A DNA stretch of 64,000 nt from Octopus vulgaris. Taxonomy: Eukaryota. Under the pieces are notes generated by a model. The model ran no database searches, had not been told where the DNA came from, and saw only the letters and a program-made list of their open reading frames with translations. The DNA is taken from positions 21,948,001 through 22,012,000 of the forward strand of contig OX597829.1 in NCBI GenBank assembly GCA_951406725.2, written 5' to 3'. The translations under genes and the position numbers were made by a program. Of this stretch, positions 38,900 through 55,152 are shown in pieces. Numbering within the stretch: position 1 is the stretch's first letter; each line of letters opens with the position of its first letter.

Positions 38900-39400
38900 G
38901 TGTTAATTAGAAATTACTATGCCAGTTTGATTAACAACATTATTAGATACCACTTTCAGTAATTATTATACAGTAGTTTATTTAGTTAATTACTACATTT
39001 AGTAATTACCACACTGTGGTTTAACAACATTAGTTGATATATTCAATAATTACTACACAGTTTAATTAATCATTATTATTTATTACATTTAGTAATTACT
39101 TGGTTATAGATTAATTAACAGCATTGTTACTAATTATATTTTGTAATTACTATGTAGTTAATTAACAACATTTTAGTTATCATATTTAGTAATTATCACA
39201 TTGTAATTTAATATCAACATTATTAGTAACTACATTTAGTAAGCACTCCACTACAGATTAATTAACAGTACTGTTACTTATTACATTTTGTAATTACTAC
39301 ATAATAGTTTAATTAACATTTTAGTTATCATATTTAGTAATTACCATATTATAATTTAATTATCAACATTATTAGTTACTATAGTTAATGATTAATATTG
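38900..39400. repeat. Degenerate AT-rich minisatellite
   Basis: Recurrent tacatttagtaattac and ttaattaacaacattattag. Confidence 0.7.
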
Positions 39401-41012
39401 TGGTACCACACTCTTATAAAATTGATGTATCACATGATACAGTTCAACTTCCTTCCTGGAAGGTGTAATGCATCATTGGTTGTTGAATAATAAAGTCTCT
39501 AGTACAGAGAATTCTTATTGTTACTTCTTATGACAGTTTACTAAACAGCTCTTATAGGAGCTGTCTTCTATGTTCCAAAAGACTTAACACAATATCTTTC
39601 TAATTGGTATCAATTCAGACACTGATTATGTATATGTCTGAAAATTTCCTTGCCAGTATTTCTGGTATCAACAGACTAAACACATCTTCATATCAGATAA
39701 AATATTCATATTCACGAACGGCCGTGACAGTTGCAAGAACGTGATAAACTACCTGAAAGAGGAGATCTTCATTAAACCAAAAGATGAGAATTTTGCGAGA
39801 GACCAGCTCATTAATTTCAAACAACACTGACTGAATATTTGGATCAATGTCTTCAAGTCTTGAAAACACTGGCTAATGAGAGTAAGTCTAAGGCAGTCTA
39901 TATGCATCAGAGCCATATGTAAAATAATGGAAGCACTTATGTCTAGAATAACATCAAAAGGAGCAAGATTTAACCCCTTAACATTTAAACTAGCCATGAT
40001 ATCCACCCAAAATATTCTACCTGTTTTATATTCAAACTGGCTAGACCCAGGCTCTCTCACCTACACTGCAATGTCACTCTAAAAAGTAGACAAGTCATAT
40101 TATTGAAACCTCAAAGCTATGAGATAATGCATGATTAAATCAAAACAGTATGAATAAACAGGTATTACATTTAACAGAGTAATCTGAATGCATATGTAAA
40201 AATTATAATGCAAAAATTATCAATTGCTCTTTAGTACATCATGACACAAAACTGCAATTTAAAAACATATCACAGACATATATATATAAACAACATATTA
40301 CAAACTAAAAGCATGCATCAACATCACCATCATTTAATGACCGTCATCAATGGGCTGGACGGTTGATGGGAACCGGCCAGGTAGAAGAATGGTGCTTTTT
40401 ACACGGCACCAGCACAAGAGAGGTCGGTTTTGGCATGGTTTTTACAGTTGGATGCCCTTCCAAATGCTAACTACTTCACCCACTTCCCAGCCTTATCTCT
40501 TTCACTGACACTATTCTTTTCCTCCAAATACTCCTTGACTTCCTTATGTGACTTTCTCCTCTGACAACCTCTCAAAACAATAAATCTGCTCATCTTACTT
40601 TTCTCCTCACCCTTTCTATACTTCATCACATAGCTGTTGGGGCTCTTTAGTTTTGTGAGTAACAAGGATACTTCACTAGTATCAATAAAATGTAACCAAT
40701 GTATTTGTAAAGTGATTGGTAAATGAGTGGAGACACTGCAGGGTCATGACGACCACTTAGTCTAGCTGAGAACAAGATTATGTTTCTAACGTTTGGTGCT
40801 ATGATTAAATGCCCCCAGTATGCTCTATACATGGTTGGTGCTAGGAAGGATACCAACCCATAGGAGTCAAACTGAGATGGTTGAGTGAGGCATTACCCTC
40901 TAGCCTATGTAGAAGGCCCTAACTCTGAATAAGAAATGACTTAGATAGTGACAACTGCTCCAACACATGCTGACATGGAAAAGAAATGTGAAATGATTTT
41001 ATATATATATAT

Positions 41013-41408
41013 ATCATCATCATCATCATCATCATCATTTAGTGTCCGCTTTCCATGCTAGCATGGGTTGGACGGTTCAACTGGGGTCTGTGAAGCTGGA
41101 AGGCTTCGTCAGGCCCAGTCAGATCTGGCAGTGTTTCTACGGCTGGATGCCCTTCCTAACGCCAACCACTCCGTGTGTGTAGTGGGTGCTTTTTACGTGC
41201 CACCCGCACAGGTGCCAGACAGAGCTGGCAAGCAGCCACGAACGGATGGTGCTTTTACGTGTCACCGGCACGGGGGCCAGGCGAGGCTGGCAACAGACAC
41301 GAACGGATGGTGCTTTTACGTGCCACCGACACGGGGGCCAGACAGAGCTGGCAAACGGCCACAAACGGATGGTGCTTTTACGTGTCACCAGCACAGGGGC
41401 CAGGCACC
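41013..41408 (-). mobile_element. RTE 3' UTR fragment with four subrepeats of about 60 bp
   Basis: Same family as 42131-43841. Confidence 0.8.
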
Positions 41409-41596
41409 TTTTATCTCTCACTTGTTTCACTCATTAGACTGCAGCCATGCTGGGGCACCACCTTAAATTTTTAGTCTAATGAATTGACCCCACTACTTTT
41501 TTTTTAAGCCTGGTACATATTCTATCAATCTTTTTTGCCAAACTGCTAAGTTACAGGGACATAAACACACCAACACTGATTGTCAAATGTTGGTGG

Positions 41597-42045
41597 GAGA
41601 GGTATGCAGTAATATACATCTGGAAGACCCTGCAAGAAATTGTGCCAAAGTTTGTCATTGAAAGCTACACCAATGCCAGAACGAGTCGACACTGCACAGT
41701 GCCAAAGATCCCAGCAATGCCATCGCACTTCAGGATCAGTTACTGCAATGGTCTGGTTTCCAGGGGCCACAGCTTTTTAATATTGTCCCAAAGAGCCTGA
41801 GGGACCTACACAAAGTGGATGTGGGCGTTTTCAAATCGAAACTGGACCTCTTCCTGTCAAAAGTCCTAGATGCACCAACCTTGTGGCAAGAGGTGCAAGT
41901 GAGGGTAGCAATATCAAACTCCCTTATTCACCACATGTCACATATTACAGGAAGTTCTCAATAATAAAAGTGTAGCAAAAAAGTGGTGCCCCAGCATGGC
42001 CGCAGCTCTGGGCTGAAGCTACGAAATGGAAAATAAATAAATAAA
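41597..42045 (+). mobile_element. CR1/Jockey-group LINE 3' end
   Basis: ERYAVIYIWKTLQEIVPKF...(frameshift)GPQLFNIVPKSLRDL...FKSKLDLFLSKVLDAP, then a short UTR and (AAAT)n. Confidence 0.7.
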
Positions 42046-42086
42046 TATATATATATATACACGTATATATATACATATATACACAC

Positions 42087-42130
<44 letters not shown>

Positions 42131-42132
<2 letters not shown>

Positions 42133-43841
42133 TCATCATCATTTAGCGTCTGCTTTCCATGCTGGCATGGGTTGGATGGTTCAACTGGGGTCTGTGAAGC
42201 CAGAAGGCTGCATCAGGCCCAGTCTGATCTGGCAGTGTTTCTACAGCTGGACGCCCTTCCTAACGCCAACCACTTCGTGAGAATAGTGGGTGCTTTTTAC
42301 GTGCCACCCGCACAGGTGCCAGACGGAGCTGGCAAACGGCCACGATCGGATGGTGCATTTTACGTGCCACCCGCACAGGTGCCAGACGGAGCTGGCAACG
42401 TCCACGAACGAATGGTGCTTTTTACGTGTCACCGGCACGGAGGCCAGTGGGGGCGGCGCTGCCAACGGCCACGATCGGATGGTTCGCTTACTTGTCACCG
42501 GCACTGGTATCATAGCTGCAATTTCCATTGATGTTGATCGACTTCGATTTTGGTTCTGCTTTCTGATATCTGATTTGATTTGGTTTGATTTGATTTTCAC
42601 TTGCCTCAACGGGTCTTCACAAGTGGTGTTTTGTGTCCCAAGAAGGAAAGGTATGTATAAGTCGACTGGCTACATACCAGGTAGAGGCCACGGGTTATGG
42701 TCTCATTAGTTTTGCCGGGTCATCTCACGCACAGAATACTTCCATAGGTCTCAGTCTCTAGTCATTTCCTTGGTGAGACCTAAAGTACGGAGGTCGTGCT
42801 TCACCACCTCGTCCCAGGTTTTCCTGGGTCTACCTCTTCCATGGGTTCCCTCAACTGCTAGGGTGTGGCACTTTTGCACACAACTATCTTCAGCCATTCT
42901 CGTCACATGACCATACCAGCGCAAACGTCTCTCTTGCACACCACAACTGATGCTAGGTCCAACTTTTCTCTCAAGGTACTTACACTCTGTCGATTATGAA
43001 CACTGACATTACACATCCATCGGAGCATACTGGCTTAATTTCTTGCGAGCTTACGCATATCCTCAGCAGTCACAGCCCATGTTTCACTACCATGGCTGTA
43101 CGTACACATGCATCATACTGTCTGCCTTTTACTCTGAGCGAGAGGCCTTTTGTCACCAGCAGGGGTAAGGGCTCTCTAAACTTTGCCCAGGCTATTCTTA
43201 CTCTAGCAGTTACACTTTCAGCACACCCACCCCCGCTACTGACTTGGTCACCTAGGTAGCGGAAGCTATCAACTACTTCTAGTTTTTCTCCCTGGAACGT
43301 GGTATAAGTTGGTCTCTGCACATTTTCAGTGTTTATTGCTCCTGAGCATCTGCCACAGACAAAAACTATTTTCCTAGTTAGCCTTCCTTTGACATTGCTG
43401 CACCTCTTATGTATCCATAGCTTACACTTGGTGCACTTTATAGAGTTTCTACCTACACCTTTTTTACAGATCGAGCAGGGCCATCTACCTGAAGGCGTTT
43501 GTGATTGGTCTACCTTCCTACTTATTAGGACTTTGGTTTTGGCTAGGTTGATTCTAAGGCCCTTCGATTCTAAACCTTGCTTCCACACCTGAAACTTCTC
43601 CTCCAGTTCTGATAGTTACTCAGCAATTAGAGCAAGGTCATCAGCATAGAGGAGCTATGTCTTGAATTCCTCTGTTATTGCCTGGGGGACTATGATAAAT
43701 AGGAGAGGACTGAGGACTGAACCTTGGTGGACCCCAACCTCTACTTGGAATTCTTCATTGTACTCGTTGCTAACCCTCACCTTACTAGCAGCGTCTCTGT
43801 ACATGGCTTGCACAGCTCTCACTAACCATTCATCTATCCCT
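42131..43841 (-). mobile_element. RTE-clade LINE, 5'-truncated pseudogene
   Basis: GVHQGSVLSPLLF, LYADDL, FRYLG, RRLRWYGHVTRM and GRGRPRKTW motifs, plus a 3' UTR and (GAT)n tail. Confidence 0.92.
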
Positions 43842-43890
43842 AGTATATATATACATACATATATACAGGTATATATATACATACATACAC

Positions 43891-43921
<31 letters not shown>

Positions 43922-43950
43922 CATATATACACACACATACACGTATATAT

Positions 43951-44437
43951 AGGTAACGGAACCTATCAACTACTTCTAGTTTTTCTCCCTGGAATGTGGT
44001 GGAAGTTGTTCTCTGCACAGTGTCAGTGTCTATTGCTCCAGAGCATCTGCCACATACAAAAACTATCTTCCCAGTTAGCATTCTTCCTTTGATATTGCTG
44101 CACCTCTTATGTGTCCATTGCTTACACTGGGTATATCTTATGGAGTTTCTACCTACGCCTTTTCTACAGATCGAGCAGGGCCATCTACCTGAAGGTATTT
44201 GTGGTTTGTCTGCCTTCCTACTTATTAAGACTTTGGTTTTAGCTAGGTTGACTCTAAGGCCCTTCAATTCTAATCCTTGCTTCCACACCTGAAACTTCTC
44301 TAGTTCTGATAGTGACTCAGCAATTAGAGCAAGGTCATCAGCATAGAGGAGCATCCTATCTTGAATTCCTCTGTTATTGCCTGGAGGACTATGATGAACA
44401 AGAGGGGGCTGAGGACTAATCCTTGGTGGACCCCTAC
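43951..44437 (-). mobile_element. Second RTE RT fragment, paralogous to about 43250-43740
   Basis: LLYADDLALIAESLSEL...WPCSICRKGVG...EVVDRFRYL. Confidence 0.88.
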
Positions 44438-44489
44438 CACACATACACACACACACACATATATATACACACATACATACATACACATA

Positions 44490-44967
44490 TAGAGATGATA
44501 AGAAATGGAACAATAATTAACAATGAGGAGTGAATCATTAGTGTTTTAAAGTCATTATTTAATTGATTAGAAGTATGTTTACACCTGTTTCTATTTATCA
44601 AAATTTGCAGTTACCTCATCACAATTGATAAACACCATCAGAAAGATTATATGGCAAAAATAAAATAGAAAGAAAGAAAAAAAAATGTTAATCCAATAGT
44701 CTTCCATTTTAGTAACTTACATAGTTCCATGTATCGATGTATTACCTCAGTATGTATGGTCCTTGTTATAAGGTATACAGTAGTAGGTAATTTAAAAGTA
44801 AAACCATGGTTGAGTGGGTGTGGTAAGTAGCTTGTTTACCAACCACATGGTTCCGGGTTCAGTCCCACTGCGTGGCACCTTGGGCAAGTGTCTTCTACTA
44901 TAGCCTCAGGCCAACCAAAGCCTTGTGAGTGGATTTGGTAGACGGAAACTGAAAGAAGCCCGTTGTA

Positions 44968-45039
<72 letters not shown>

Positions 45040-45597
45040 TGTGTGTGTTTGTGTGTCTGTGTTTGTCCCTCTAGCATTGCTTGACAACCGATGCTGGTGT
45101 GTTTATGTCCCCGTTACTTAGCAGTTCGGCAAAAGAGGCCGATAGAATAAGTACTGGGCTTACAAAAGAATAAGTCCCGGGGTCGAGTTGCTCGATTAAA
45201 GGCGGTGCTCCAGCATGGCCGCAGTCAAATGACTGAAACAAGTAAAAAAGAGAGAAAGAGATAGAGATGATAAGTCACTAAAATGGAAGACTATTGGATT
45301 AACAAACATCTTTTCCTTTTCTTTCCTTCTATTTTATCTTGCCATATAATCATTCTGATGATGTTTATCAATTGCAATGAAGTGAATGCAAATTTACCCC
45401 ATTTTCATAAATAGAAACAGTTGTAAACATACTCCTAATTTAAATAAATGACTTTAAAGCATCAATGATCCACTTCTCATTGCTATTTATTGCTCCATTT
45501 GTTATCGTCTCTACATATACTAAACCAACGTTTTACCTTTAAATTACCTACTACTGTATACTTTATAACAAGGACTATACATAGTGAGGTAATACAC
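44490..45597. mobile_element. Permuted and inverted Penelope-like repeat pair with hammerheads, interrupted by a family-B SINE (44815-45255)
   Basis: 44490-44720 is inverted at 45271-45512, and 44738-44812 is inverted at 45515-45597. Hammerhead cores lie at 44575-44647 (-) and 45349-45430 (+). Confidence 0.65.
45349..45430 (+). ncRNA. Hammerhead ribozyme motif with long loop II
   Basis: CUGAUGA-UGUUUAU...AUAAAUA-GAAA-CAGUUG-UA-AA. Stem II is 7 bp, stem III is the near-palindrome ACAGUUGU, the triplet is GUA, and stem I is weak. Confidence 0.6.
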
Positions 45598-45816
45598 CAG
45601 GAGTGCCAATGGATACATCTATCCCTTAGATGGTTGCATAACCTCTAACTTACACAACCTATATACATACATACATATACACACACACATATATATATAC
45701 ACATACACTCATACACACACACATATATAAACTTACTTGGAAATAGATGCATCACATTCAATTAAATAATAAACAGTAAATGATATATAATATATACATG
45801 TGTATGTATATATATA

Positions 45817-45947
45817 CAGGGTGTCCCAAAAAAATGTATACACATAGTGGTTCGGCAAAAGAGAACGATAGAATAAGTACTAGGCTTACAAAGAATAACA
45901 AATTTACAATTATTTAAGGTGTGTATACATTTTTGGGGGACACCCTG
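45817..45947. mobile_element. Tc1/mariner-type MITE
   Basis: TA-cagggtgtcccaaaaaaatgtatacaca ... tgtgtatacatttttgggggacaccctg-TA. Confidence 0.8.
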
Positions 45948-47705
45948 TATATATATCCATGCATATATGGGTACAGGACATCACCAACGGTGCAAATAAC
46001 ATGAAATACATAAACAAATGAGTGAAATATGTAAACAATGAGAAAAAAATGGAAAACAGGACAAGTAAACACAGATAAAGGGCCCTCCCCCAGTTGTCGG
46101 CTGTCTATCTACTCCTCTATATTTTGAGCATTCAACAACAATATGAGTCTTTAAAGACAGCTGCTCCCATAAATTCTAAAATAAAATTTAGGATTTATGG
46201 AAGGTCAAAGTTGGGAACAAAAGCATGACAGTGGAGACATACAAGGAAACCGAACAAAAAGAAACATGGAGGGTCATTAGACCAGAACGAGAGGAAAATA
46301 GTGAATGCTGGGAGAAACATTATTTTGAAAAGAGAAAAGATAGAAGAGAGAGAGAAAAAAAACACATCCACTGTTCTGAATTTCCCTGAAGGAAAAGAGA
46401 GCTGGTCATATAAGGAAGGGCAAGATGGACAGTGGTCAAATGTGAGCAATGAGAGAAAGAGAGAGAAAAAGAAGAATGAAATAGTATTATAGAACCAGTA
46501 GGAGTTTTAAAATAAAAATAGTAAATTAAATTGAATTTTTTGGCTTGTTCTGACTATTTGTAAAATTGTTTGCTGGGCAGATACAGATATGGTTATCTTC
46601 TGTGGCATATAAATTAATGGTTATTGCAGCGCTCATAAAAATAGAGCTGGCTGGTTTTAATATCATTGAGAAATATTCTTTGATAAACTATCTTTAACAT
46701 TATAGCATTCAAACCGGCCATGTTTGGCCAAAGTATTCTACCTGTTTTATTATCAAACTGGCCAGAACTGGCCTCACACAAACCTTACAATATTGTTCTA
46801 AAAACTAACAGTTACCCCTTCACAATCTCAAAGCTACAACGTAATGTGTGATTATTATAAAACAATGAGAATAAATATATGCTTTCACTTCTAAGTCCAG
46901 CTCAGTTGAAGCAGGGATGAGAAAAATGTGGTGGGTTTAAATCTGAGTACATCAGGTTTCAAAATGTGAGTACACTGCAGTAAAATGACCACAATTCAAA
47001 TGATGAAGATAATGACCAATATTACCAAATAAATTCACTTTACTTATGTTTCTTTACATATTTCAAAATAGAAAGAAGAGGAGATGCAATGTTCTAAAGA
47101 GGAGGTACAGCCTCTTAAGGGGTATAGTAGTAATTATTTGAAGTTAATAGGGTAAAAGTCCAGTTTTCAAAAATTGCAGATTAGTGAGTGGGTTGATGGA
47201 AAAAAAAAACAGAGAGAAAAGAGAGGGGGTAAGGTATAGCCAGATCAAAAACAGGCCTCACAGATAACAAAATTGATATAAGGAGACATGAAATGTATAC
47301 CAACAAACACGACCAAACTATGCTAGCACAGAAGAAGAAAAGAAATGAAAGGTATATGTTAAAAAGACAATCCTAAAAATTATTACGATGGTGATGGTAA
47401 TAGATTTGGTGATAACAATAACCTCTTTTATAAGAGCTGTAAGAACAATGATAACAACAATGGAGTTTATATAAATACACACAAATTTATTGCCTTAACA
47501 GTTACAAATACATAAGAAGAATTGATATGTAATGCCTCTTTTATTTTTAATCTTTTCAACTTAATATTGTGATAATAAACATACACATATTAGTACCTAG
47601 ATGCAAATATACATAGTCAATAGTACATTATATTACTTCCTTAGCAGTATATTGGATATATGTTATCCCATGGAGGGTTGCATTTACAACCCCTATCTCA
47701 ATTTG

Positions 47706-47777
<72 letters not shown>

Positions 47778-48309
47778 TATATATATACATATATATATAT
47801 ATACATAATAAATATTATGGAATAAATCCAAATTTACAGGGAAAAAATCAGATTTAGGATTAAATCCAATTTTATAGTAAAATATTATATAATATTAATT
47901 AGAGACAAAACCACATATAACTAAGTATATATAACCATATCTAAATACATACACTAACTCACACACCTATATATATATCCCTATACATACACATAAAAAC
48001 GTCTAGGCAACGATAAATAAATAAAATAGCCAAATACTTCAACACAATACTTATTCATACTCCCTCACACACACATACAACCCACATTCATAAACAATAT
48101 ACGTATACCCGCTCACACATACATATACAAACATACAGAACTCGATATATACACCAATATATTCACACCCACATCTATACAGATAAATAAATTACGCAAA
48201 CAATCACACACACACACACACACATTCACACATACATAAACACTCAAAAGAAAAATAAACAATTCTTTGCACGTGGTGATCGAACGTTTTTTATAAAAAA
48301 TTATGAATG

Positions 48310-49854
48310 GAATAATATATAATCAACTTAAATATACAGAATTTACTACAAATCATTAATAAACCATCATGATAAATGAAACCCATATACATATGATAAA
48401 ACTCCCTTTACCATACACAATTATACCTATATAGCAATCTCCATATATACATTCACACACAAATATACATACGTAAAACACACACACAACATATACGTAT
48501 ACCCCCTCACATATACATATACATACTTACTAAACTCGATATATACAACAATATGTTCACACCCACACTCATACAGATAAATAAATTACACAACTAAAAT
48601 ACGCACACACACACACATTCACACATACATAAACACTCAAAAGAAAAACAACATTACTACACATAATACGATATATAAAATACTTCATAAGTAACCAGAA
48701 TATCATAAGTAACAAGATTAACATAAGGAGAAAAAAATATACATACTTTCAAATCAGTTTCAAATTATGAAGTGAAATTAAACTCTAGCCGTTAAAAACG
48801 TCAAACAAAATTACGTTACCATAGGAACCTAACATATGTATAAAAAGTATTCGCGCTCTGGAAACGAACGTCATTTAAAATTATGAATGGAATAAATGGA
48901 ATAAATGGAATTAAAAATTATATTCACGTAGTAAACGAACATTACTTAAAAATTATGAATGGAATAATGTAATAAAATAACAAACATCATAAATAGACAT
49001 AAATTACTACAAATTCTTTAATAAAACTACCATGATAAACTAAAACTCATAAATACATATAATGATAAAACCTCCCTTTACTAAACTCTATAACATACCT
49101 ATATAGCAATCCCCCTAACCTATACATTCACACACAAATACACACACGTAAACCACACACCCACGACATATACAAATACCCACCTCACTCACACATACCT
49201 ATACATACGTATAAACCTCGATATATACACCAAAAATTCACTCCCACACCCATACAGATAAATAAACATATACATCCTTAAAAATGGGTGCAATCTCACG
49301 CACATCAATCATGCATGTATACAAGTGCATACACAAGAATAATATATAATCAACTTAAATATACAGAATTTACTACAAATCATTAATAAACCATCATGAT
49401 AAATGAAACCCATATACATATAATGATAAAACTCCCTTTACCATACACAATTATACCTATATAGCAATTTCCATATATACATTCACACACAAATATACAT
49501 ACGTAAAACACACACACACAACATATACGTATACCCCCTCACATATACATATACATACGTACTAAACTCGATATATACAACAATATGTTCACACCCACAC
49601 TCATACAGATAAATAAATTACACAACTAAAATACGCACACACACACACATTCACACATACATAAACACTCAAAAGAAAAACAACATTACTACACATAATA
49701 CGATATATAAAATACTTCATAAGTAACCAGAATATCATAAGTAACAAGATTAACATAAGGAGAAAAAAATATACATACTTTCAAATCAGTTTCAATTTAT
49801 GAAGTGAAATTAAACTCTAGCCGTTAAAAACGTCAAACAAAATTACGTTACCAT
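48310..49854. repeat. Near-identical direct duplication of about 520 bp (48310-48833 and 49337-49854) within older AC-rich subrepeats
   Basis: Both copies run from gaataatatataatcaac to aattacgttaccata. Confidence 0.85.
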
Positions 49855-52568
<2,714 letters not shown>

Positions 52569-52749
52569 TCCATGCATATATGGGTACAGGACATCACCAA
52601 TGGTGCAAATAACATGAAGTACATAAACAAATGAGTGAAATATATAAACAATGAGAAAAAATGGAAAACAGGACAAATAAACACAGAGAAAGACCCTTCC
52701 TCAGTTGTTGGCTGTCTATCTATGATTTTATATATAAATATATATATAT

Positions 52750-53637
52750 GGGTCAGGCTACATCGGACATCCCAAACATACATATTGGAGGCCACAGATT
52801 ACAAGAGGTGGAGAAGTTTACCTATCTTGGCTCTACCGTCACCTACAACCTATCCCTTGATGCTGAGCTCAATATACGCATTGGCAAGGCAGCTGCTGCG
52901 ATGGCCCAACTCTCCAAACGGGCGTGGGACAATAAGCTCACCAAGACCACGAAAATGAAGATCTACCAGGCATATGTACTTAGCTCTCTACTGTATGGAA
53001 GTGAGACTTGGACGCTATACACACGCCAAGAGCGTCGCCTAAACATCTTTCACCTGCGCTGCCTCCGGAAAATCCTCCGCATGAAATGGCAGAATCATAT
53101 CCCCAATAAAGATGTCCTCAAGCAAGCAGGAATACCAAGCATGTTTGCACTCCTCACACAAAGACATATGAGATGGCTTGGACATGTTAGCCGTATGAAA
53201 GATGGCAGAATCCCCAAGGACATACTCTACGGAGAGCTTGCTAGGGGTACTAGGTCTGTGGGTAGACCGTTCTTACATTACAAGGATGTTTGCAAAAGGG
53301 ACATGTAGGCCTGCAACATCAATATTAGCGGTTGGGAGGCAGTTGCCAGCAACCGTGGAGATTGGCGACGTACCGTAAAAGAGGGAATACAAAGGCGTGA
53401 CAGAGAGAGAGAGAGGAGAAATGGAAAGACAAGAAAAGATGTCAACAAGAAACTATAGCATTACAACCAGCCAGGAACAGTCTTCGCTACATTTGCAGTA
53501 CCTGCCAGAGGGAGTGTTTGTCCAGGATAGGACTACACAGCCACAGCAGGAAATGTATCAGGACATGAAATGTAAAAGTCGGACTAGACTATTTTATGCG
53601 CAACTCCATTGTATCCCGAGACAAAAAGGATGCCAAA
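52750..53637 (+). mobile_element. BovB-like RTE LINE 3' fragment
   Basis: LQEVEKFTYLGSTV...LLYGSETW...MRWLGHVSRMKDGRIPKDILYGEL, a C-terminal CSTCQRECLSRIGLHSH zinc finger and a short UTR. Inserted in (TA)n. Confidence 0.9.
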
Positions 53638-53807
53638 AAATATATATATATATCTCTAATATAGGATATATCTGATCTGGCAGTGTTTCTACAGCTAGAT
53701 GCCCTTCCTAACGCCAACCACTCCAAGAGTGTAGTGGGTGCTTTTTATATGCCACCTGCACACACATATATATATATACATATACATATAGCGTTTTTCT
53801 GATGGCA

Positions 53808-53870
53808 GGATAACCGAAGAGATGGTGGTGTGGATTTCCACCTCGGCATCCGAAACTCAGAGTTTTATCT
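53808..53870 (+). ncRNA. Hammerhead motif with U4C change
   Basis: GGAUAA-CCGAAGA-GAUG...CAUC-C-GAAA-CUCAGAG-UU-UUAUCU. Confidence 0.6.
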
Positions 53871-53984
53871 TGGCTATTGAATAATTGTCACATATTACTT
53901 TTACAGATAAATTCCTCTATTGAGGTCTCTTTCTTTCTTTTGTTATCTTACTGTTTTACCAATATATATATATACAAGTGAGAC

Positions 53985-54492
53985 CATAACCTTGAGGCCT
54001 AAGCCAGGGGTGTAACCAGCCCACTTATGCGTACCTTCCCTTCATTGGACACTGATTGCGAAGACCTGTTGAGGCAAGTGAAATCGAAATCAAATTCAAT
54101 GACTGGCATCCGTGCTAGTGGAGCACCATCCAAGCGGGATCGTTGCCAGAGCGGCTAACTGGCGCTCATGTCGGTGGCACATAAAAACCACCATTCGAGC
54201 GTGATTGTTACCAGTGTCGCCTTACTGGCACTTGTGCCAGTGTGCAGGTGACATGTAAAAAAAAAAAAGGTTTTTTTGTGGACGTTGCCAGTACCGCCTG
54301 ACTGGTCCTCATGCCAGTGGCACATGAAACCACCCGCTACACTCTCGGAGTGGTTGGCATTAGGAAGGGCATCAAGCTGTAGAAACTCTGCCAGATCAAA
54401 ATTGGAGCCTGGTGCAGCCATCTGGTTTGCCAGTCCTCAGTCAAATCGTCCAACCCATGCTAGCATGGAAAGCGGACGTTAAACGATGATGA

Positions 54493-54497
<5 letters not shown>
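53985..54497 (+). mobile_element. RTE 3' UTR with (GAT)n tail
   Basis: Same terminal sequence as the other RTE copies. Confidence 0.8.
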
Positions 54498-54521
<24 letters not shown>

Positions 54522-54526
<5 letters not shown>

Positions 54527-55120
54527 CATAAATGAGGGCAAGGGAAAAAAATTTCTAATGCCAAATTTGCCGAAAAATTGGACATATTGTCCATTAACCA
54601 TATAATTTTTTCACAATACACACGCTACTCGAAAAAAGGTCGACAGAAATTTCTAAAAAGTTCCATTATTACCATATCGGACTCATACCCATGGGTATGA
54701 GTAAGTATCTCATTTATTTCTTTTGCCACATGTATCACTGACGAAGAGAGGGCTCTTAGTAGCTAACTCTGAAATCGGTCCGATATGGTAATAATGGAAC
54801 TTTTTAGAAATTTCTGTCGACCTTTTTTCAAGTAGCGTGCGTATTGTGAAAAAATTAATGGTTAATGGACAATATGTCCAATTTTTCGGCATATTTGGCA
54901 TTAGAAATTTTTTCCTTTGCCCTCATTTATGAATTGTTTATAAATTTAACCGTTAAAGGTATTTTTTAATATGCTGGCCATTGATAAGATTTTTTTCGAG
55001 AAAATATTTTTTTTCGAAAAGAATTTTATCCTCACATTTGATATATATATAGTATTTCTAAATTGAATTTTTTCCCTGTAAGTTAGGATTAATATTCCCT
55101 CAAATAATTATTATTATATA

Positions 55121-55152
<32 letters not shown>

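Noticed and set aside
39657-39881. Plus-strand exon ending at a gtaagt donor
   Set aside because: No single frame is open through to the donor without assuming a frameshift, and no homology was recognised.
46095-46165. Additional hammerhead on the minus strand (CTGTC...GACAG)
   Set aside because: Stem I is present but the core is too degenerate to call.
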